This document shows positions 1-12,099 of a DNA stretch of 60,000 bases, in pieces. Source of the stretch: Lama glama (lineage: Eukaryota). Each line of letters opens with the position of its first letter. Within the stretch, counting starts at the first letter, position 1. Below the pieces are notes generated by a model. It saw only the letters and a list, made by a program, of their open reading frames with translations, was not told the origin of the DNA and made no database searches. Made by a program: the position numbers and the translations under genes. Location of the stretch: NCBI GenBank assembly GCA_028534125.1, contig CM052817.1:746001-806000 (forward strand). Reading direction: 5' to 3'.

Positions 1-379
1 GGCCAGTGGGGGGGGGGACAGAGAGAGGCCCCTGAGCTGGCCATGGGAGAGACTTGGCTGGTGGGGGAGGCAGGGGGCAGGTGGGCGGACAGCAGAGCAG
101 GACTGGATGGGAAGACTGGGCGGTCGGCCAGGTTCTGGGGTGCGGTGCACTTGCCCCCACGCTCCACCTGCAGTCTCCTGGAAGGCAGCAGAAGTCCCTG
201 GTCACGGTCCCACGCCCAGGGTCTGGCAGCACCCTGCCCTGCCCTGAATCCCAGTCCCCTCCCAGCACTCATCTGGCCCGCTCGGCGCCCGGTGGCCTCC
301 AGGAGGCGGGGACGCGCATCACCCGACGTCCTTCCCTGGCCCCCGCTCCTCGCCCGAGGGAGAGCCATTTGGACCTGCC

Positions 380-462
380 CAAGCTGAACAATACAATATT
401 TCTGTTGAGCTGTGAAGTTGATTAATAATTTGGAAATGAAATCAATACGCTCTGCTTTTCAT
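380..462. promoter_or_regulatory. AT-rich enhancer-like island 1
   Basis: AACAAT (387-392), TGATTAAT (419-426) and AAATCAATA (439-447) within GC-rich flanks. Confidence 0.45.
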
Positions 463-2524
463 TCCCCGAGTGTCCCGTGCACGGGGACGCCACCCAGGCA
501 GCTGCCGCCCCCGGTGGGGCTGGGGTGCTGTGGCCGCCGCAGACCTGCTGACCTGAATTCACCTTGCATTCTCTGCAGAAGCAGAAGCACCGCGGGCTGC
601 AGATCCTTGGCGCCTCACCTCGGAGCAGGGCACCTGTCCCGCCTTCACCCCAGGGCCCCTGCAGGGATGGCATGTCCCTTGTCTGGGGTCCCAGTGGGCC
701 TGGCCATCTCCCCGTGTCCCTCACTCCCACAGGGAGTCCCGGGTCTGCACCCACCCACCTCCCTCACAGTCACTGAAGCTGCTGAGATGGGTGCTCAGCC
801 ACGTCCCCTGCAGCTTCCCTGGGCTTGTGGTCCCCCAAGACCCCCCGATCATTGCTGCTGAGCTTCCTGGCTGCAGCATGCAGGGGCTGGGGCTGCTTCC
901 ACACTAGCCCCTCTGCCGTCCCCCAGGACCCCCCAGTCCTGCCCACTGCCCACCTCCCAACCCCCGTGCACAGAGTTCAGGCGCAGCAGCCCCCACGCTG
1001 CTCCCAGGAAGCCCACTCCCCACCCGGCCCGCCAGCTCCTGTCTAGGGGTTAGAAGGGTGGCGTCGGTCCTGCGGATTCAGCCACCAGACCCAGAGCTGG
1101 CCCTGCAGGTTCATCCCCGGGCAGAGGGAGTGAGGGGATGAGTGAGCGAACAGAGTCTGCAGAGACACAAATGCTTCCAGGGTTCACGGGGGTGGTGACC
1201 TGAGGACACAGGGGAGCCCCAGTTTTGGGGGCCAGAGCAGCAAGGCACGCCCCAATGCTAGACAGGGGGGGTGTCTAGGGGACCACAGAGAGTGCGGGGG
1301 TGGGGGCAGGAGACTCAGAACAGGGAAGGGGCTTGGGTGGGCAGGAGGCCCCCAACGGGCTAGGGTAGGTCAGGGGATAGGCGGACAAATCCTGAAGACC
1401 CATCCCCAGGGCTCAGTGTATCAGGCCTTCAGCGTTCACAGTCAATGGTCAGTGAGGAGGCTGCCCCACCGCCCCACCGTCCACCCCCTCAGCTGTCCCA
1501 GAGCCCTGCCTGGACATGCCCTGCCAACTCCATGCACTCAGCCATGCGGGCGCAAGGCTGGCGTCCGGCCCTGCCCTGCCCAGGCCGGCAGAGCTGCCCC
1601 CGCTCCACTCCCCTGGAGCCTCGCTCCCGCAGCAGCAGCAGCACCCAGCAGGCCCCTCTCAGGCCTCCCAGAGGTTGGAGCCCCTGCTCGGCCCCAGAGC
1701 ATCGGCAGGGCTGCCATCCTGGTCCCTGTGACCAGCCCTGTGGCCTCTCCTGATGCCACCTGTGTGTCTTTGAGCTCTGCCTGTGACCTTGGGCAGGTCC
1801 CTGAGGCCCAGGCACCTCGCCTGGAACGTGGGGACACAGGACAGAGCCCCGGGCTTCTGGGTGAGCAGTCTGGCACTCAGCCCGGCTAGGCGCGCGGTGC
1901 TTCCCTCGCTGGGGCAACAGCGCGCGTGCGCACACACACACACACACTGTTCACTTGCTCAGACTGGGCCAGGTGTGGGGCTGTGGGGTCCAGCCCCTGG
2001 GCCCCCAGAGACCCTCTTGCTGGCAGACTCCACTCAGGGCCACCCCAGTCTGATGCCTTGACACCAGCGGTCAGGCCACTCCACCGTCTGCCCCAGAGAC
2101 CAGCCCTTAGACCCAGGCACTGGCCACAAAGGGCAGCGCTGGCCTGGCCCCAGATGCCTTTTACCAGCTCCTAGGGTGGTGACCCACTGGCCTGGCCAGC
2201 ACAGCGGCCAGTGCCTCTCCTGGGGGGCCCTGGGTGCACGAGAGGGCAGCAGCGGCCCTGGCTGTGTGCACCGCTCTGGGCCCTGGGACAGACGGGCCCC
2301 AAGGCCCGGGTGGGCACGGCTGCTCCGGGCAGAGCAGGTCCACCGTGGAGGCCTGGCTCCAGAGCCCAGCGGCCTCGCCTGCTCTGTGGACAGCAGGCCA
2401 CCGTGGGGCGGTGAGGGCCCCGCGGCATGCACGTGCAGAGAGGTGGGAGGCCGCCAGCCACACTGTCTGTTCCAGCAGCTCCCCAGAAGCCGGAGTTCCT
2501 TGACCCACGCCGGGCAGGGGAGGC

Positions 2525-2935
2525 CGTTTTATAGGAGCCATTGACCGGGCGCATTGATCCCCGAGAATGTATCGCACAAATCATTTTGCACTAAACTGCG
2601 GAATCGATGGAGAAATCTCCCGGAAAATTTATATTAAAAGTCTCTGTTTGCCTAAATGAGTTCCCTGTGCCCCATATTGAATATTTGGCTGATGAATTGA
2701 ATGGGTTTAAATTTGAACATTGCAGACCCATTAAAGAATGAATTCTTAAATCAAATCCTGCCATTTATGATTGAAATGAGATTTCCTCTGCGATGGACCA
2801 GCCGCTGTATAAATCAGCTATGCGTTTTATACTGAACCATAAACAAGATATAATTCTTTTAAATACACAACAGGTGCCTTAAATCTTTTGATGCATCTTG
2901 TATTTATCTGAAGTGGGGATTGCTGTATTTACACC
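2525..2935. promoter_or_regulatory. AT-rich enhancer-like island 2 (likely conserved non-coding element)
   Basis: About 400 bp of non-repetitive AT-rich sequence with TGATGAAT (2690-2697), TTTATGA (2764-2770), ATAAATCA (2809-2816) and CCATAAA (2837-2843). Confidence 0.6.
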
Positions 2936-3109
2936 AGGTCGCGTGGGGCCTTGGATGGCATTGCCAGGGAAGGTAAAGGTCTCCGTGCCGTGGGCTCCCA
3001 CCTCAAGACCCCTCCAGAGAAGCCCACCAGGGGCCAGGGAAGCCCAGTCCGTGCGCCCGCCAATGCCCGCAGCCAGGGCCCCTATCCGAGTGAGCTCAGC
3101 CCCTCTAAC

Positions 3110-3420
3110 ACTCGTGCACGGAGCACATAGTCATGCTCATGTGCACACGTGAAAATATACACAGCACACGTGTGCTCATGAGTCTGAGCATGCTTGAGTG
3201 ACTCGTATGTGTGCAGGTGGGCATGTGTGAACAAGCATGCACACACTAGCACATGCACATGGCACCAGCACCATCACACACTCCCACCTGGACACCTATG
3301 AACACACATGAGCACACAGCAGCCACAAGCACACATGCTCTCCTGCAACACACACACCAGACACAAACTGTGCACAGCAGCACAAATCCGACAACACAGG
3401 AAAGCACACACTCACACGCA
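3110..3420. repeat. Degenerate CA/TG-rich low-complexity repeat
   Basis: Repeated CACA, GCAC and CATG units. Confidence 0.75.
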
Positions 3421-4329
3421 TCCCCTCGAGGCTCTCCCCAGGACCTGAGGGCCAAGGCCACGTGGGGCTCTCTCCCCACGTCGTGGCGCCTTCTCAGCGC
3501 TGTGGGCACCAACCCACCTGGCCCAGTTCTGGGAGCGGAGAGAAGCCTCCCCATCATGGTTCCATGTCTGGCATCTACACACAGGTGCCTCCCGGCTCCC
3601 TGTAGCTCCCACCTTCCTGCACACCTACAAGTTCTCCAGGAGGAACCAGGCCAGGCACTAGGAACCTCTGAGTCATTGACGATGCCAGCAGGGCATCCAG
3701 GAAGGCTTCCTGGGGGAGGCAACCGTGGCACTGAGCCCAAGGTATGAGCAATCTCCCCTCCCCAGTTTAGGTTCCTGTCCAGCAGGCATGTCTCGCATGG
3801 ACCACACTTTCGAGAAACTCTCTCAGGCCTGTCTGTGCTGCTCGCCTCCATCCAGACCCATGGGCAAGCCTCAAGGGGTCCTGGCCCTCAGCTGACCACT
3901 TGGGCTGGAGGGGGCTCTGAGGCTTGCCAGAAGCAGAGTCCCCTAAGGAAGCGGACCCGGTGATGTGAGTGTCTAGAAACGTCAGATGAGGAAGCTGAGG
4001 CTGGAAGGGAGGGAGGGTGGAGCCAGAGCTCCAGACTCTCATCCAGAGCCTGGAACCTCCCCCAGGAGGGGGCGGCACTCGAAGTTCCTCCCGTCAGCCC
4101 CCCAGGCTGCACTGCTGCCCCCGGCTGCCACCCATTCTCTCCTGAGCCCACGCCCACCGGCCCCTGAGTCCTGGGGGTGCTGCATCCTGCCTGCCTGCCA
4201 CCTCGGGCTGGTCACCCTCTCCCAGGCCTCCCAGCCAGTCATCTGCAGACTCAGGGCCTCCCACTACCTTCCTAGCTCAGGCAGCATGCAGAGATCTAGG
4301 GGTTGAGGTCACATCAGCAAGTTTGGGGA

Positions 4330-4520
4330 ACTGATGTGAAAAAGTTGGAGAACCCAACAGAATAAATGGTCAGGCAAATCACAGAGGGGAGAGCCAATAG
4401 GCTAGTGTGTTCATGAAGAGGTCGGCCCTGACAGGAGTCAGATAAATGCAAAATCAGACACACTTGGTGCCCCACGGAGTAAGGGCTTCAGAAGGTCAGC
4501 TCAGAGCCAGTGTTGGCAGA
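4330..4520 (+). mobile_element. Ancient L1 (L1M-type) ORF2-end fragment
   Basis: Degenerate L1 motifs (CATGAAGAGG...GTCAGATAAATGCAAAATC...CCAGTGTTGGCAGAG). Confidence 0.45.
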
Positions 4521-5809
4521 GCCCGGCCGGTGGCAGGCAGTCTACACAGCAGGTCCCGGAGCCCAGGGAAACGGGGTGCATGCAGACTCCCAGGGCCCAC
4601 ACGGTGAGGCTCCTGGGGGCCACAGATAGGCTCGTCCTCTGTGGAGCTGGGACAGCCAGGCACCTGCCACCAGGGGCTGGGGGAGCAGAAGACGCCCCCA
4701 GAGCACGAGCGGGAGCCCCAGGCGCACAGTGGGTCTCAACCGCCAAGGTTCTGTGGGAAGCAGGGAACCACCGCCCAAGGCCACACATGAGCCCGAGCGG
4801 CCGTTCTCACCACTCACTACCTGAGGCTGTTTCGCTCGATCCAGTGTCACCGAGAGCGCAGAGTCCCTTAGTCCTTGAGTGCCGATCCGCCGCTCCGGGG
4901 AATCCAGGGTGGCTTCCCGCCAGCCTCTGGTCACAGCGTGGTCACCGATGGGTCAACACGGAACCCCGCTGCGTGCATCTTCTGTTCAGGGCCACCTGCT
5001 GGACGCACACTGTTAACTCACCAGCACTGACCCCCAGCCAGTGGCGCTGTCCCTGGTGCTGAACGGAGCTCTCCCAATGCCGGAGCTCCTCTGCCGGGCA
5101 CAGCCCAGTCTCTTGTGCAGAACGCTGGGTGGAATGAGCACGAGGCTGGGGTTCCGTGTAAGCAGCAAAATCACCAGCCGAGAGCACAAGAGTGGAAACT
5201 CAGTACCGAACCGGCGGGAGGAGGACACGCTCACAGGTGAGTGGACGCAGGAAGGCCAGGCCTCGGTTTCCAATGCTCGGCACACGGCCACAGGCGACCT
5301 CGAAGGTGCCGCGAGGGTGGACGGTGGGGACAGTGCATCTTTGCAAAGGCAGGACCCAGGAATACTGAAGACCAGCCCTCCATCCAGAAGCAGCGCCTTG
5401 CCCTGTCCACAGAGCCACCCGCACAAAAAAGACACAGGTGGCAGGCGGCAGGCTGGGAGGAGCGGGGGAGGGGGCTGGGGGCCGATGTTGCAGGGACGTT
5501 CATATGTTGTTTTAATGGAGACCAGTTGACCGAGACTCAAGGCTCAGACTGCTGGGGTGCCAGCCATCGGGCCCAGGCTCCTGGCCCTGCCGTCCACCCT
5601 CCTTGAGGTCCAGGGCCTGGAGGCTTCCCACCCAGCCCCCAGGAAGCCAGGGAGAACCTCAGAGCCTGGGCCACAAACTGCAACTCAAGGCCTTCTGTTA
5701 CTACAGGGAAGGTGAGCCTGGCTATCCTTGACAAAGGGGCTTCCAGACCGAGCAGGGGCCTCCAGAACGTGCAAGCTGGCTGAGGGCCAGGAGGGGAGGT
5801 GGAGGGAGT

Positions 5810-6010
5810 GGTTCAAAGGTGCTCGTTCCTCTCCTCTTGTGTTTAATTTAATATCCAGATATAACACCCAAGCACCTGAGTGCTGATGTGTAATCATCTC
5901 AATATCACCATTTTCTAAGCTGCCCTAATGACTAGGCTTCTGTTTCCTCTTTGAATCAATGGATATTTAAGGGAGAAAGGAAGAGATCACATTTTCAGAT
6001 GGTGCCAGGA
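5810..6010. promoter_or_regulatory. AT-rich enhancer-like island 3
   Basis: TCF/LEF-like TTCAAAG (5812-5818) and CTTTGAA (5949-5955), TTTAATTTAAT and AATCAAT. Confidence 0.35.
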
Positions 6011-6599
6011 TGCTCAGCTGCTTCAGCTGCTGCGCGTGACTCTCACTGCTGTTACACTGCAGCCAGAGGCTGCGGACGGAGTCACCCCTGTAGGAGGACT
6101 TGACTGAGACTTGCCTCACGGGCCATTAGACACCTATTTTTAAGAAGTTTCCCTAATTGCTTAGCATAAGGGTCTTCCGAACGTAGAGGAGGAAGTCTGG
6201 TACACATACACATGTGCATGTTAAGTTACCTCTGGATAGCTTTACTCAAACCCTATGCACACGAGGGGACGTCTATACCCTGATCTGTTGAAAGACTTTC
6301 ATTGCAACTGTGTCCCCACTGTCTTTGCTTTGCTGTTAGAAGGTTTTCCTCTAAAACACTTCATATTGCTGCACGTTTGCCACATGAAAGTTTCCCCTCC
6401 AATCTCTTCACTGTGGGGTTCACCGCCTGTCAATGTAAATTTACTTTTTCTCCGTTTTCACGCTTTATATATCTAATCTTACTTGATCGGTGGACATTTG
6501 TAAAGGCCACAGACACTCCTGCTCAGGACGCGGCTCCCACCTCCCCTGCCTGGAGTGGTGACTGATTCCTCAGAGAGCAAAAGACAGGGACGGCCTCCT

Positions 6600-6815
6600 G
6601 CCCCTGCAGGGGCCCACGTGGAAGGGAGCCCCCCACTGACTCGAGCCTTCAGATGGCACGGCCCCAGCCCACAGCCCGACCTCGTGAGAGGCCTGAGCCA
6701 GAACCTAGGCTGCTCCCAGACCCCTGACTCACAGAAGCCGTGAAGTAGTGGATGTTGGTTTTTCAAGCTGCTCAGAGTGGGGGAGATCCATTACACAGAA
6801 AAAGATAATGAGTCC
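6600..6815 (+). mobile_element. ERVL-MaLR (MLT1-type) LTR fragment
   Basis: GAGCCTTCAGATG...CTCGTGAGAGGCCTGAGCCAGAAC...CCTGACTCACAGAAGCCGTGA...TTACACAG 3' end pattern. Confidence 0.7.
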
Positions 6816-8129
6816 AGCTTGACGGCATTATTTGCACCCGACCACCCTTCCTGGCTCAGTATTTACCCAGCGTGGTTTCACCCTCCTTCCTCTGTGACCT
6901 CTCCATATCGTTTGCTTTAGGTGTAAAGGTCAGGATTCCAGCAGGAAGCAGGTGGCAGCCCAGCCCACCGGGAGGACCAGAGCCAGGGCCACGCACAGGC
7001 GTGGGGGCAGCTGTGGGGGCAGAGGGCGGCTCCCAGCTCAGGCTCCCTCCTGCAACTGCACGCAGCCCTGACTTCATTCACGGTCACAGCCATTTTCACA
7101 GGGAGTGTAGCTCACTTACCTTTATTGTTGTAGTGTGTGTTTGCAGTATGCTTTCACACTTGCTTCCTGCTCTCTCTGCTCACATCCCTGGCTTAGGAGT
7201 TAGTTCTCTTTGTTTTTTTCTCATTCATGATTTTTAAAGTAAACAGGCATCCTGAGCTTTTAAATGTGTATGTTATTTGTATTTGCATTAAAAACATGAA
7301 CTTGAGGCCAGGGGACCGAGGCTGAGGCCAGGGCAGCATGACCGAGAGCAGAGCCCCACCCTCCACCACCGGCCGCGTGGCTGGGGTGAGGACGTGTCTC
7401 CAATCCCCAGGCCACATGCCGAGCCTCACCCAGACCTCACTGCCCGGCCCCACCGACATCCTCCTGCACTGGCCGTGGCCCCTGGGGGCCCCGTCGTGTG
7501 TGGACGTCACCAAGGGCAGGGCAGGGATGTCCTGTGCATTTTTGAAGCAGAATTACAGTGGAGAGGAGACTGCTGGCCAGCAGGTCATTCCGCCCAGAAG
7601 CCCTGAAAACAGAAGCCCAGGGACCCAGTGGCAAGCGCGTAAGAGCTCTGTCCTCGGGTGCCGTCACTGCTGCTAAAATCAAAGAGTAGCTGAACCCAGA
7701 AAAAAACCATCTCTCCGTTTCTTGGTTACTCTTATTTTGATTCATCCCTCAGGAGGACACCTCTCAGTGATTCTAAAGGAAGGACACAGTGGGAGGGGTG
7801 GCCTCAGAGCCTCCATGTTTGAGGATGTAGTTCAGTATCTTTGTTACCGGAAACAGCTCTGCCTAGGAGGACCACAGAATGCTGTTTCCAAACCTTATAG
7901 CTTGTTCCCTGATGAGATTCTTTACGCAGAAAACCCTCCCCTCCTAGGGTCGTCTAAGCCTGCCCCAGAGGCACGCACCTTCAGGGCCGGCTGGACGTGC
8001 AGACCAGGATGACATCACTTCCAGGATTTGCCATAAAAGCCTGGCCTCCGTCCTGGGACCATCTCTGCCCTCCTCCCCCCTGAACTGGCCCCTCACCTTG
8101 GGGGGCTGCTGCCAGGCACCGGGGGGGCC

Positions 8130-8352
8130 CAGGGGAGGGGGTTGGAAGTGGATCCCCACCCAGCCCAGTGGAGCCATCAGCTGAGACCACCGCCCACAGC
8201 CGGACGACAACCTTGTGAGCCGGCGAGCTGGAGGCCCCCGGGTGAGCCACACACAGACTACCGGCCCTCAGCAGCGCGGGATGGTAAATAGCTGCTGTGT
8301 CAAGCAAGCGGGTCTGAGAGCATCTGTTACACAGCAATAGACAATTAACACA
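8130..8352 (+). mobile_element. ERVL-MaLR (MLT1-type) LTR fragment
   Basis: Ends in the typical TGTTACACAGCAATAGACAATTAACACA. Confidence 0.65.
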
Positions 8353-8409
8353 GCAGGGAACCCGGAAAACCACTCCTAGAACCAACGAACGGACCTGGCG
8401 GGACACAAG

Positions 8410-9100
8410 GAAATGCACAAAACCCGATTTTGTTCTGCAAGCTGCTAGTAAACAATTAAAAGTGAAACTTTAACATCTATTTAAATTAGCACGAAAAATA
8501 AAATACAAAATACATGGGCGTAAACTTAACAAAATGTGTGTGACTGCCACACCGTAACAGGGAAATCAGAGGCGCAGCGGAGACGCAGACCGCGCCTCTG
8601 GGTTGGAGACTCAGCCCCGCTGGGACGGACGTGCTCCTAGACTGGTGCACGAGTCAGCACAAGCCGGGCAAAAGGCCAGCAGCCTTTTTTGTAAAACTTG
8701 CTTGAACGTGGCCTACAATTTTTGAAAAGGAGGGAAACTGGAAGGCTCACACAGTGGTCTCAGGACTTACTGTAAAGCTGCAGGAGCACGAGCGGACACA
8801 GACAGCGGGACAGGACCGTGAGCCCAGAAGCAGACATGTGGACACGTGGTCTGCTTATTTTTTTAATATTCTATCTATTATTGTGTTATTTAATCATTTT
8901 ATTCTGGCAGTGGGGGAGGTAATTAGATTTATTTATTTTTTAGGGGAGGTTCTGGGGATTGAACCCAGGACCTCCTGCATGCTAAGCATGCTCTCTACCA
9001 CTTAAGCTATACCCTCCCCCCTTATTTTTGACAAGACATCAACTCTCGTTAATGGAGGAAGGAAACGTTTTCCAAAAACAGGGCCGGCACCAGCAGATCA
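8410..9100 (+). mobile_element. Ancient L1 ORF2 fragment interrupted by a SINE
   Basis: AAAATACATGGGCGTAAACTTAACAAAATGTGTG...CAGGACTTACTGTAAAGCTGCAG...TTTTTGACAAGA. Confidence 0.55.
8863..9020 (-). mobile_element. tRNA-Ala-derived SINE (camelid vic-1-like)
   Basis: Minus strand GGGGAGGGTATAGCTTAAGTGGTAGAG...GGTTCAATCCCCAG (A and B boxes), tail TAAATAAATCTAATTACCTCCCCC, flanked by a CTTATTTTT duplication. Confidence 0.85.
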
Positions 9101-10389
9101 TCATATGGGGAAGAGGCAGACTGCCATCATGCTGCCCCGACCCGTCCTTCCACAAGGTCAGAGACACGAGGGGACCTGGCAAGGCCTCACGGGCCCCCAC
9201 CCACTGCCACCACCCCGCACCCTCTGAACTCCCAGCTCCCTGGTGTAGATGGTTCCCCTACCCACGACCCGCCCACCGTGGGTGAGCAGCAGGGGGGGGC
9301 CTGCCCAGGGCACCATCCAGCGGGCTCCAGAGGCAGCACCCCCAGGTGAGGAAACGGAACAAGGGGGAGACAGGGGAACCCCATGCGGTAGGGCCGGGAC
9401 CACTGTCTGGGCAGCTGGACCCTGGGGTGCCGAGGCCCCGCGACTGTTAGAGGGTGTGGGGTGAGGGATGTGGTGAGGGCAGGACCCAGGGCAGGGCGAT
9501 GCAGGTAGAGGCCCAGCCATGCGAGGCTGGCTGGGCCTCTGCACAGGGTTCCTGGCCCTCGTGTGACCTCTGGCAGGGGGAGAAGGGGGCTGCCTCCTCT
9601 GAGGTGCGTGCTCCTCCTGCTCCTATGCTGCTGGCTCTGCTGTTTTCCCAGCCGCCCTCTGGGCCACCCGCCCTGCCCATCTGCTGCAGTCCAGACCCTT
9701 CTCAGCACCTCTGGCCCTGACCTCTGGGGCCATACGGGGTGGCCACCCCACCCCCATCCCAAATCTGAGTGAAGTTCTTTCTCACAGACTCAAATTCTGC
9801 CCCTGCATTTTGTGTGTTTGTACCAACTGGGGCCCTGCAGCAGCAGGCCTGCATTAGGATCAGGAAGAAGAGTTTACCGAGGGGGGACCCACCGCCAAGA
9901 TGCAGAGGAGTAGGGCTTGCCCAGCTCAGGGCCCTGCGGGAGGCAGCAGGGAACACTGAAGAGCAGAGCGCCCTTCGGCAGGATGAGCCCCAGCAGGCGA
10001 GCTGGGCGGAGAGGCCCAAGCGGACCCTGGGGCAGGCCCAGCAGCCCCACATCCCTCTCCCTCCAGTTGGCTTCCAGTTCAGCGCCACGACCTTTCATCC
10101 TCTCCTCCCCATCACCCCAGCACCGTCTCTTGTCTCTCGTCTCCATGTCCCTTACATTATACCAAAAACCAAATCAATGCCTCATAAAGGGTCACTTTAT
10201 TTTCCCATAATAGATCATTGCCGAGCCTACTTGTCCACTGCTGTTGGATGAACGTCCCACAGGGCCCTCCCTGAGCCTTCCTCTCACTCTGTCTGTCCCA
10301 GAACAAGGGAGGCCTCTCTGGGAGCTGCTTCCACATACGGCGGGTTCTCCTTAGTCCCAGCCTCGGTCAGGGATTGTGCTGGCTGCATA

Positions 10390-10720
10390 CACACCACCAC
10401 CACCAAGAAACCGGGGCTGAGTCTGGGCTCCGCAGTCATTCCGAGACCCAGGTACCTCTGTCCTTCTGCTCCACCTCCTTGCACATGGCTTCCCACTTCA
10501 AGATCACCTCATGGTTCACATGGCTGCCAGAGCCCCAGCCATCACACATCTGTTCAGGAAGCAGGAAAAAAGAAATGCAAAGAACAAGGGTGCTTTTCCC
10601 AGGTGAGTCAGCTAGTTTTAAGGAGCCTTCCCAAAGCTCTGTCCAGCACTTTTACTCACATCTCGTCAGCCAGAACTGTCACATGGCCACAACCAGCTGT
10701 AAGGAATATCGGGGAAAGGG
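10390..10720 (-). mobile_element. Ancient ERVL/MaLR LTR fragment (MLT1/LTR33-like)
   Basis: CATGGCTGCCAGAGCCCCAGCCATCACA...CACATCTCGTCAGCCAGAACTGTCACATGGCCACA...AGCTGTAAGG. Confidence 0.6.
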
Positions 10721-11574
10721 GTCCAGGGAGGGTGTCCGGCTTAGCCAGGACAAGAGAGGGCCCAGCAACTTGGGGTAGGGAGCCCTGTGGGGCAAGTCTG
10801 CCCCTCACCCAGCAAAGAGCAGGTACGGGGGCCAGGATGAGCCCCACAGAGTCCCAGCCAAGGACCAGGACCAGCCACTCCCTCCCAGACGTGGGCAGAC
10901 TCCATGCCCTCTCCTTGGTTATCCCCAGGCCCCACCTCTGCTGCTCCAAGAACCCAGGAGGCTCTTCTGGGACCAGCAGGGCTCACAGATTGGAGCAGAC
11001 ATCTGGTTTCCCATGGTCTCCGTCATGGCACCCAGGGGCAAGGTCTGGCCAACCCAGTGGGCTCAGGACACCAGACCAGCCTTGGGTTGCACAGTCCACC
11101 CCACGTGACGGTCAAAGCTAGGGCCTGGGTGCCTGGGCCAGGGCAGATCTGGCTGGAGTGGCCCTTCAACGGGGGCTCCCTGTTAGCCCCACCACCTCCT
11201 TCCACCGGGCCCCTCGCCCCTGGCCCAGGCCCTACTCCCTGACCCAGTGGGCCTACAGGGTGGCCCTGCAGATCACAGATGCTCTGCCCCATGCTGGCCC
11301 AGGCTGGACATCAGTCCTTGGGGTCTCCTCCACGGCCCATAACATATTTCTGAGCAGAAAAGCCTTCCAGCGCCCCTGCCCAGGGCTGAGGGCCCAGGGA
11401 GGGGCCGGACGGGAGCTCCCACCTTGCCCCGCAGGGCAGCACCCAGCAGGAGCGGCCTGGTAAGCAGGAGCAGGTGGAGAGGCCCACACGGGGGCCCAGG
11501 GTGCCTGGAGGGACTCACGCTTTGCCTGCACCAGCTTCTCTGCTCTTCACCCAAACCAAAGAGGGGGCACCACG

Positions 11575-11645
11575 TCACCCACTGTACCGATGGGGAAACT
11601 GAGACACAGGGCACGAGCCAGGATCCATGCCCTGCAGCTAGACAC
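11575..11645. mobile_element. MIR core fragment
   Basis: GATGGGGAAACTGAGACACAG. Confidence 0.5.
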
Positions 11646-12099
11646 CCTTCTGCGTGGCCACTGCCCTGCCCTGAGAAGCACAGGTAAGGCAAGTCCATCT
11701 TGGAACTGGTGTGACCGGGATGGGGACATGCAGCTGCAGGCGGATCCCCGCCTCCCTCACTGGCTCAGGGGCACCGGCCAAGCTCTCCGGGATGTGCTGG
11801 TCAGCGCTGGCCAGGGACAAGGCCCCCAGCCGGCCGCCCCACTGAGGGGCTGCTGTGGGTGCCAGCAAGGGTGGGCTTCTCTGTCCCTCCAGGGACAGCG
11901 GCTGGAGGTCCGGCCCCACTTCCCTGGGGATGTGCCCTCCTGTCCGTCAGTTCTCGGGAGTCCACTTGGCCGCCCACCTTCCTCAGCGCCCAGGCCCGGC
12001 TGGCCCCTCCCGCGGCGGGTGGCGGCTGCGCCAGTGACCTTGTGATAACCCGAGTGCCATCCGTCAGCGGCCGGCCGCCAGGCTCCGGAACACTGCGGC

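Noticed and set aside
8945..9020. tRNA-Ala(AGC)-like sequences (also 22065-22140 and 52861-52925)
   Set aside because: They are SINE heads, with diverged stems, SINE-specific tails and flanking duplications. They are not tRNA genes.
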